From contig CAXHJY010000161.1 of NCBI GenBank assembly GCA_964016885.1, positions 186,001-250,000 of the forward strand: a stretch of DNA of 64,000 nucleotides, read 5' to 3'. Under the pieces are notes generated by a model. That model did not search any database and was not told the origin of the DNA. It saw only the letters and a list, made by a program, of their open reading frames with translations. Positions within the stretch are counted from its first letter, which is position 1. Each line of letters begins with the position of its first letter. Origin of the DNA: Eledone cirrhosa. Lineage: Eukaryota. The translations under genes and the position numbers were made by a program. Shown piece by piece: positions 49,201 to 61,000 of this stretch.

Positions 49201-51950
49201 AAACAGCAACAACAACAACACTGGCACTGACAGAGAAAACAGCAACAACAACAACACCGGCACTGACACAGAAAACAGCAACAACTACAACAACACTGGC
49301 ACTGACAGAGAAAACAGCAACAATTACAACAACACTGGCACTGACAGAGAAAACAGCAACAACAACAACACTGGCACTGACACAGAAAACAGCAACAAAA
49401 GCAACAACAACCGTGGCACTGACACAGAAAACAGCAACAACAGCAACAATAACACTGGCACTGGCACAGAAAACAGCAACAGCAATACTGGAACTGACAC
49501 AGAAAACAGCAACAGTAACAACAACAACACTGGCACTGACACAGAAAACAGCAACAACAACAACACTGGCACTGACACAGAAAACAGCAACAACAACAAC
49601 ACTGGCACTGACAGTGAAAATAGCAACAGCAACAACACTGGCACTGACAGAGAAAACAGCAACAACAACAACACTGGCACTGACACAGAAAACAGCAACA
49701 ACAACAACACTGGCACTGACACAGAAAACAGCAACAACAACAACACTGGCACTGACAGAGAAAACAGCAACAACTACAACACTGACACTGACAGAGAAAG
49801 CAGCAACAACAACAACACTGTCACTGACAGAGAAAACAGCAACAACTACAACAACACTGGCACTGACAGAGAAAACAGCAACAACTACAACACTGGCACT
49901 GACAGAGAAAACAGCAACAACAACAACACTGGCACTGACAAAGAAAACAGCAACAACTACAACAACACTGGCACTGACACAGAAAACAGCAACAACTACA
50001 ACAAAACTGGCACTGACAGAGAAAACAGCAACAACTACAACAACACTGGCACTGACAGAGAAAACAGCAACAACAACACTGGCACTGACACAGAAAACAG
50101 CAACAACTACAACAACACTGGCACTAACAGAGAAAACAGCAACAACTACAACAACACTGGCACTGACACAGAAAACAGCAACAACTACAACAACACTGGC
50201 ACTGACAGAGAAAACAGCAACAACAACAACACTGGCACTGACACAGAAAACAGCAACAACTACAACAACACTGGCACTGACAGAGAAAACAGCTACAACT
50301 ACAACAACACTGGCACTGACAGAGAAAACAGCAATAACTACAACAACACTGGCACTGACACTGAAAAAAGCAACAACTACAACAACACTGGCACTGACAC
50401 AGAAAACAGCAACAACTACAACAAAACTGGCACTGACAGAGAAAACAGCAACAATTACAACAACACTGGCACTGACAGAGAAAACAGCAACAACAACAAC
50501 ACTGGCACTGACACAGAAAACAGCAACAACTACAACACTGGCACTGACAGAGAAAACAGCAACAACTACAACAACACTGGCACTGACAGAGAAAACAGCA
50601 ACAGCAACAACACTGGCACTGACAGAGAAAACAGCAACAACAACACTGGCACTGACACAGAAAACAGCAACAACTACAACAACACTGGCACTGACAGAGA
50701 AAACAGCAACAACTACAACAACACTGGCACTGACACAGAAAACAGCAACAACTACAACAACACTGGCACTGACAGAGAAAACAGCAACAACAACACTGGC
50801 ACTGACACAGAAAACAGCAACAACTACAACAACACTGGCACTGACACAGTAAACAACAACAACTACAACAACACTGGCACTGACAGAGAAAACAGCAACA
50901 ACTACAACAACACTGGCACTGACACAGAAAACAGCAACAACTACAACAACACTGGCACTGACACAGAAAACAGCAACAACTAAAACAACACCGGCACTGA
51001 CACAGAAAACAGCAACAACTACAACAACACTGGCACGGAAAACAGCAACAACAGCAACAACAACACTGGCACTGACACAGAAAACAGCAACAAAAGCAAC
51101 AACAACCGTGGCACTGACACAGAAAACAGCAACAACAGCAACAATAACACTGGCACTGGCACAGAAAACAGCAACAGCAATACTGGAACTGACACAGAAA
51201 ACAGCAACAGTAACAACAACAACACTGGCACTGACACAGAAAACAGCAACAACAACAACACTGGCACTGACACAGAAAACAGCAACAACAACAACACTGG
51301 CACTGACACAGAAAACAGCAACAACAACAACACTGGCACTGACAGTGAAAATAGCAACAGCAACAACACTGGCACTGACAGAGAAAACAGCAACAACAAC
51401 AACACTGGCACTGACACAGAAAACAGCAACAACAACAACACTGGCACTGACACAGAAAACAGCAACAACAACAACACTGGCACTGACAGAGAAAACAGCA
51501 ACAACTACAACACTGACACTGACAGAGAAAGCAGCAACAACAACAACACTGTCACTGACAGAGAAAACAGCAACAACTACAACAACACTGGCACTGACAG
51601 AGAAAACAGCAACAACTACAACACTGGCACTGACAGAGAAAACAGCAACAACAACAACACTGGCACTGACAAAGAAAACAGCAACAACTACAACAACACT
51701 GGCACTGACACAGAAAACAGCAACAACTACAACAAAACTGGCACTGACACAGAAAACAGCAACAACTACAACAACACTGGCACTGACAGAGAAAACAGCA
51801 ACAACAACACTGGCACTGACACAGAAAACAGCAACAACTACAACAACACTGGCACTAACAGAGAAAACAGCAACAACTACAACAACACTGGCACTGACAC
51901 AGAAAACAGCAACAACTACAACAACACTGGCACTGACAGAGAAAACAGCA
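36945..51950. repeat. Tandem block duplication, period 7,488 bp (two copies)
   Basis: Constant offset of 7488 for 37096/44584, 39055/46543, 40508/47996, 40761/48249, 43364/50852 and 43620/51108. Shared private variants include ACAGGAAC ~37870/45358 and CAGTAAATA ~40503/47991. Confidence 0.9.
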
Positions 51951-54900
51951 ACAACAACAACACTGGCACTGACACAGAAAACAGCAACAACTACAACAAC
52001 ACTGGCACTGACAGAGAAAACAGCAACAACTACAACAACACTGGCACTGACACTGAAAAAAGCAACAACTACAACAACACTGGCACTGACACAGAAAACA
52101 GCAACAACTACAACAACACTGGCAGTGACACAGAAAACAGCAACAACAACAACACTGGCACTGACACAGAAAACAGCAACAACAAAAACACTGGCACTGA
52201 CAGAGAAAAGAGCAACAACAACAACACCGGCACTGACACAGAAAACAGCAACAACTACAACAACACTGGCACTGACAGAGAAAACAGCAACAACTACAAC
52301 AACACTGGCACTGACAGAGAAAACAGCAACAACAACAACACTGGCACTGACACAGAAAACAGCAACAACTACAACACTGGCACTGACAGAGAAAACAGCA
52401 ACAACTACAACAACACTGGCACTGACACAGAAAACAGCAACAACTACAACAACACTGGCACTGACAGAGAAAACAGCAACAGCAACAACACTGGCACTGA
52501 CAGTGAAAACAGCAACAACTACAACAACACTGGCACTGACACAGAAAACAGCAACAACTACAACAACACTGGCACTGACAGAGAAAACAGCAACAACAAC
52601 ACTGGCACTGACACAGAAAACAGCAACAACTACAGCAACACTGGCACTGACAGAGAAAACAGCAACAACTACAACAACACTGGCACTGACAGAGAAAACA
52701 GCAACAACTACAACAACACTGGCACTGACACAGAAAACAGCAACAACTACAACAACACTGGCACTGACACAGAAAACAGCAACAACCACAACAACACTGG
52801 CACTGACACAGAAAACAGCAACAACAACAACACTGGCACTGACAGAGAAAACAGCAACAACTAAAACAACACCGGCACTGACACAGAAAACAGCAACAAC
52901 TACAACAACACTGGCACGGAAAACAGCAACAACAGCAACAACAACACTGGCACTGACACAGAAAACAGCAACAACAGCAACAACAACCGTGGCACTGACA
53001 CAGAAAACAGCAACAACAGCAACAATAACACTGGCACTGGCACAGAAAACAGCAACAGCAATACTGGAACTGACACAGAAAACAGCAACAGTAACAACAA
53101 CAACAACAACACTGGCACTGACACAGAAAACAGCAACAACAACAACACTGGCACTGACACAGAAAACAGCAACAACAACAACACTGGCACTGACAGAGAA
53201 AACAGCAACAACTACAACACTGACACTGACAGAGAAAGCAGCAACAACAACAACACTGTCACTGACAGAGAAAACAGCAACAACTAAAACAACACTGGCA
53301 CTGACAGAGAAAACAACAACAACTACAACACTGGCACTGACAGAGAAAACAGCAACAACAACAACACTGGCACTGACAAAGAAAACAGCAACAACTACAA
53401 CAACACTGGCACTGACACAGAAAACAGCAACAACTACAACAAAACTGGCACTGACAGAGAAAACAGCAACAACTACAACAACACTGGCACTGACAGAGAA
53501 AACAGCAACAACAACACTGGCACTGACACAGAAAACAGCAACAACTACAACAACACTGGCACTGACAGAGAAAACAGCAACAACTACAACAACACTGGCA
53601 CTGACACAGAAAACAGCAACAACTACAACAACACTGGCACTGACAGAGAAAACAGCAACAACAACAACACTGGCACTGACACAGAAAACAGCAACAACTA
53701 CAACAACACTGGCACTGACAGAGAAAACAGCAACAACTACAACAACACTGGCACTGACAGAGAAAACAGCAACAACTACAACAACACTGGCACTGACACT
53801 GAAAAAAGCAACAACTACAACAACACTGGCACTGACACAGAAAACAGCAACAACTACAACAACACTGGCACTGACAGAGAAAACAGCAACAACAACAACA
53901 ACACTGGCACTGACAGAGAAAACAGCAACAACTACAACACTGGCACTGACAGAGAAAACAGCAACAACAACAACACTGGCACTGACAAAGAAAACAGCAA
54001 CAACTACAACAACACAGGCACTGACACAGAAAACAGCAACAACTACAACAAAACTGGCACTGACAGAGAAAACAGCAACAACTACAACAACACTGGCACT
54101 GACAGAGAAAACAGCAACAACACTGGCACTGACACAGAAAACAGCAACAACTACAACAACACTGGCACTGACAGAGAAAACAGCAACAACTACAACAACA
54201 CTGGCACTGACACAGAAAACAGCAACAACTACAACAACACTGGCACTGACAGAGAAAACAGCAACAACAACAACACTGGCACTGACACAGAAAACAGCAA
54301 CAACTACAACAACACTGGCACTGACAGAGAAAACAGCAACAACTACAACAACACTGGCACTGACAGAGAAAACAGCAACAACTACAACAACACTGGCACT
54401 GACACTGAAAAAAGCAACAACTACAACAACACTGGCACTGACACAGAAAACAGCAACAACTACAACAACACTGGCACTGACACAGAAAACAGCAACAACA
54501 ACACTGGCACTGACACAGAAAACAGCAACAACAAAAACACTGGCACTGACAGAGAAAACAGCAACAACAACAACACTGGCACTGACAGAGAAAACAGCAA
54601 CAACAACAACACCGGCACTGACACAGAAAACAGCAAGAACTACAACAACACTGGCACTGACAGAGAAAACAGCAACAATTACAACAAAACTGGCACTGAC
54701 AGAGAAAACAGCAACAACAACAACACTGGCACTGACACAGAAAACAGCAACAACTACAACACTGGCACTGACAGAGAAAACAGCAACAACTACAACAACA
54801 CTGGCACTGACAGAGAAAACAGCAACAACAGCAACAACAACACTGGCACTGACAGAGAAAACAGCAACAACAACACTGGCACTGACACAGAAAACAGCAA

Positions 54901-55082
54901 CAACTACAACAACACTGGCACTGACAGAGAAAACAGCAACAACTACAACAACACTGGCACTGACACAGAAAACAGCAACAACTACAACAACACTGGCACT
55001 GACAGAGAAAACAGCAACAACAACACTGGCACTGACACAGAAAACAGCAACAACTACAACAACACTGGCACTGACACAGTAA

Positions 55083-58000
55083 ACAACAACAACTACAACA
55101 ACACTGGCACTGACAGAGAAAACAGCAACAACTACAACAACACTGGCACTGACACAGAAAACAGCTACAACTACAACAACACTGGCACTGACACAGAAAA
55201 CAGCAACAACTAAAACAACACCGGCACTGACACAGAAAACAGCAACAACTACAACAACACTGGCACGGAAAACAGCAACAACAGCAACAACAACACTGGC
55301 ACTGACACAGAAAACAGCAACAACAGCAACAACAACCGTGGCACTGACACAGAAAACAGCAACAACAGCAACAATAACACTGGCACTGGCACAGAAAACA
55401 GCAACAGCAATACTGGAACTGACACAGAAAACAGCAACAGTAACAACAACAACACTGGCACTGACACAGAAAACAGCAACAACAACAACACTGGCACTGA
55501 CACAGAAAACAGCAACAACAACAACACTGACACTGACAGTGAAAATAGCAACAGCAACAACACTGGCACTGACAGAGAAAACAGCAACAACAACAACACT
55601 GGCACTGACACAGAAAACAGCAACAACAACAACACTGGCACTGACACAGAAAACAGCAACAACAACAACACTGGCACTGACAGAGAAAACAGCAACAACT
55701 ACAACACTGACACTGACAGAGAAAGCAGCAACAACAACAACACTGTCACTGACAGAGAAAACAGCAACAACTACAACAACACTGGCACTGACAGAGAAAA
55801 CAGCAACAACTACAACACTGGCACTGACAGAGAAAACAGCAACAACAACAACACTGGCACTGACAAAGAAAACAGCAACAACTACAACAACACTGGCACT
55901 GACACAGAAAACAGCAACAACTACAACAAAACTGGCACTGACAGAGAAAACAGCAACAACTACAACAACACTGGCACTGACAGAGAAAACAGCAACAACA
56001 ACACTGGCACTGACAGAGAAAACAGCAACAACAACAACACTGGCACTGACACAGAAAACAGCAACAACTACAACAACACTGGCACTGACAGAGAAAACAG
56101 CAACAACTACAACAACACTGGCACTGACAGAGAAAACAGCAACAACTACAACAACACTGGCACTGACACTGAAAAAAGCAACAACTACAACAACACTGGC
56201 ACTGACACAGAAAACAGCAACAACTACAACAACACTGGCAGTGACACAGAAAACAGCAACAACAACAACACTGGCACTGACACAGAAAACAGCAACAACA
56301 AAAACACTGGCACTGACAGAGAAAACAGCAACAACAACAACACCGGCACTGACACAGAAAACAGCAACAACTACAACAACACTGGCACTGACAGAGAAAA
56401 CAGCAACAACTACAACAACACTGGCACTGACAGAGAAGACAGCAACAACAACAACACTGGCACTGACACAGAAAACAGCAACAGCTACAACACTGGCACT
56501 GACAGAGAAAACAGCAACAACTACAACAACACTGGCACTGACACAGAAAACAGCAACAACTACAACAACACTGGCACTGACAGAGAAAACAGCAACAGCA
56601 ACAACACTGGCACTGACAGTGAAAACAGCAACAACTACAACAACACTGGCACTGACACAGAAAACAGCAACAACTACAACAACACTGGCACTGACAGAGA
56701 AAACAGCAACAACTACAACAACACTGGCACTGACACAGAAAACAGCAACAACTACAACAACACTGGCACTGACAGAGAAAACAGCAACAACAACACTGGC
56801 ACTGACACAGAAAACAGCAACAACTACAGCAACACTGGCACTGACAGAGAAAACAGCAACAACTACAACAACACTGGCACTGACAGAGAAAACAGCAACA
56901 ACTACAACAACACTGGCACTGACACAGAAAACAGCAACAACTACAACAACACTGGCACTGACACAGAAAACAGCAACAACCACAACAACACTGGCACTGA
57001 CACAGAAAACAGCAACAACAACAACACTGGCACTGACAGAGAAAACAGCAACAACAACAACACCGGCACTGACACAGAAAACAGCAACAACTACAACAAC
57101 ACTGGCACGGAAAACAGCAACAACAGCAACAACAACACTGGCACTGACACAGAAAACAGCAACAACAGCAACAACAACCGTGGCACTGACACAGAAAACA
57201 GCAACAACAGCAACAATAACACTGGCACTGGCACAGAAAACAGCAACATCAATACTGGAACTGACACAGAAAACAGCAACAGTAACAACAACAACACTGG
57301 CACTGACACAGAAAACAGCAACAACAACAACACTGGCACTGACACAGAAAACAGCAACAACAACAACACTGGCACTGACAGTGAAAATAGCAACAGCAAC
57401 AACACTGGCACTGACAGAGAAAACAGCAACAACAACAACACTGGCACTGACACAGAAAACAGCAACAACAACAACACTGGCACTGACACAGAAAACAGCA
57501 ACAACAACAACACTGGCAGAGAAAACAGCAACAACTACAACAACACTGGCACTGACAGAGAAAACAGCAACAACTACAACACTGGCACTGACAGAGAAAA
57601 CGGCAACAACAACAACACTGGCACTGACAAAGAAAACAGCAACAACTACAACAACACTGGCACTGACACAGAAAACAGCAACAACTACAACAAAACTGGC
57701 ACTGACAGAGAAAACAGCAACAACTACAACAACACTGGCACTGACAGAGAAAACAGCAACAACAACACTGGCACTGACACAGAAAACAGCAACAACTACA
57801 ACAACACTGGCACTAACAGAGAAAACAGCAACAACTACAACAACACTGGCACTGACACAGAAAACAGCAACAACTACAACAACACTGGCACTGACAGAGA
57901 AAACAGCAACAACAACAACACTGGCACTGACACAGAAAACAGCAACAACTACAACAACACTGGCACTGACAGAGAAAACAGCAACAACTACAACAACACT

Positions 58001-61000
58001 GGCACTGACAGAGAAAACAGCAACAACTACAACAACACTGGCACTGACACTGAAAAAAGCAACAACTACAACAACACTGGCACTGACACAGAAAACAGCA
58101 ACAACTACAACAACACTGGCAGTGACACAGAAAACAGCAACAACAACAACACTGGCACTGACACAGAAAACAGCAACAACAAAAACACTGGCACTGACAG
58201 AGAAAACAGCAACAACAACAACACCAGCACTGACACAGAAAACAGCAACAACTACAACAACACTGGCACTGACAGAGAAAACAGCAACAACTACAACAAC
58301 ACTGGCACTGACAGAGAAAACAGCAACAACAACAACACTGGCACTGACACAGAAAACAGCAACAACTACAACACTGGCACTGACAGAGAAAACAGCAACA
58401 ACTACAACAACACTGGCACTGACACAGAAAACAGCAACAACTACAACAACACTGGCACTGACAGAGAAAACAGCAACAGCAACAACACTGGCACTGACAG
58501 TGAAAACAGCAACAACTACAACAACACTGGCACTGACAGAGAAAACAGCAACAACTACAACAACACTGGCACTGACACAGAAAACAGCAACAACTACAAC
58601 AACACTGGCACTGACAGAGAAAACAGCAACAACAACACTGGCACTGACACAGAAAACAGCAACAACTACAGCAACACTGGCACTGACAGAGAAAACAGCA
58701 ACAACTACAACAACACTGGCACTGACAGAGAAAACAGCAACAACTACAACAACACTGGCACTGACACAGAAAACAGCAACAACTACAACAACACTGGCAC
58801 TGACACAGAAAACAGCAACAACCACAACAACACTGGCACTGACACAGAAAACAGCAACAACAACAACACTGGCACTGACAGAGAAAACAGCAACAACAAC
58901 AACACCGGCACTGACACAGAAAACAGCAACAACTACAACACCACTGGCACGGAAAACAGCAACAACAGCAACAACAACACTGGCACTGACACAGAAAACA
59001 GCAACAACAGCAACAACAACCGTGGCACTGACACAGAAAACAGCAACAACAGCAACAATAACACTGGCACTGGCACAGAAAACAGCAACAGCAACACTGG
59101 AACTGACACAGAAAACAGCAACAGTAACAACAACAACACTGGCACTGACAGAGAAAACAGCAACAACAACAACATTGGCACTGACACAGAAAACAGCAAC
59201 AACAACAACATTGGCACTGACACAGAAAACAGCAACAACACTGGCACTGACAGAGAAAACAGCAACAACTACAACACTGACACTGACAGAGAAAGCAGCA
59301 ACAACAACAACAACACTGGCACTGACACAGAAAACAGCAACAACTACAACAACACTGGCACTGACAGAGAAAACAGCAACAACTACAACAACACTGGCAC
59401 TGACAGAGAAAACAGCAACAACAGCAACAATAACACTGGCACTGGCACAGAAAACAGCAACAGCAACAACAACAACAACAACACTGGAACTGACACAGAA
59501 AACAGCAACAGTAACAACAACAACACTGGCACTGACACAGAAAACAGCAACAGCAAGAACACTGGCACTGACACAGAAAACAGCAACAACTACAACAACA
59601 CTGGCACTGACACAGAAAACAGCAACAACAGCAACAACAACACTGGCACTGACACAGAAAACAGCAACAACAGCAACAACAACAGTGGCACTGACACAGA
59701 AAACAGCAACAACAGCAACAATAACACTGGCTCTGGCACAGAAAACAGCAACAGTAACCACAACAAGACTGGCACTGACACAGAAAACAGCAACAGTAAC
59801 AACAACATTGGCACTGACACAGAAAACACCAACAACAACAACACTGGCACTGACACAGAAAACAGCAACAACAACAACACTGGCACTGACAGTGAAAATA
59901 GCAACAACAACAACACTGACAGAGAAAACAGCAACAACAACAACAACACTGGCACTGACAGAGAAAACAGCAACAACTACAACACTGGCACTGACAGAGA
60001 AAACAGCAACAACAACACTGGCACTGACAGAGAAAACAGCAACAACTACAACAACACTGGCACTGACACAGAAAACAGCAACAACTACAACAAAACTGGC
60101 ACTGACAGAGGAAACAGCAACAGCTACAACAACACTGGCACTGACAGAGAAAACAGCAACAACAACAACACTGGCACTGACACAGAAAACAGCAACAACT
60201 ACAACAACACTGGCACTGACAGAGAAAACAGCAACAACTACAACAACACTGGCACTGACACAGAAAACAGCAACAACTACAACAACACTGGCACTGACAG
60301 AGAAAACAGCAACAACAACACTGGCACTGACACAGAAAACAGCAACAACTACAACAACACTGGCACTGACACAGAAAACAGCAACAACTACAACAACACT
60401 GGCACTGAAAGAGAAAGCAGCAACAACTACAACAACACTGGCAATGACACAGAAAACAGCAACAACTACAACAACACTGGCACTGACACAGAAAACAGCA
60501 ACAACTACAACAACACTGGCACTGACACAGAAAACAGCAACAACTACAACAACACTGGCACTGACACAGAAAACAGCAACAACTACAACAACACTGGCAC
60601 TGACACAGAAAACAGCAACAACAACAACACTGGCACTGACACAGAAAACAGCAACAACAACAACACTGGCACTGACAAAGAAAATAGCAACAACAACAAC
60701 ACTGGCACTGACAGAGAAAACAGCAACAACAACAACACCGGCACTGACACAGAAAACAGCAACAACTACAACAACACTGGCACTGACAGAGAAAACAGCA
60801 ACAACTACAACAACACTGGCACTGACAGAGAATACAGCAACAACAACAACACTGGCACTGACACAGAAAACAGCAACAACAACAACACTGGCACTGACAC
60901 AGAAAACAGCAACAACAACAACACTGGCACTGACAGAGAAAACAGCAACAACTACAACAACACTGGCACTGACACAGAAAACAGCAACAACTACAACAAC

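Noticed and set aside
197-55082. Series of Thr-rich + ORFs as separate mucin or adhesin genes
   Set aside because: Starts are GTG/ATG point variants inside monomers and stops are one propagated variant or a frameshift. There is no signal peptide, anchor, domain or intergenic sequence.
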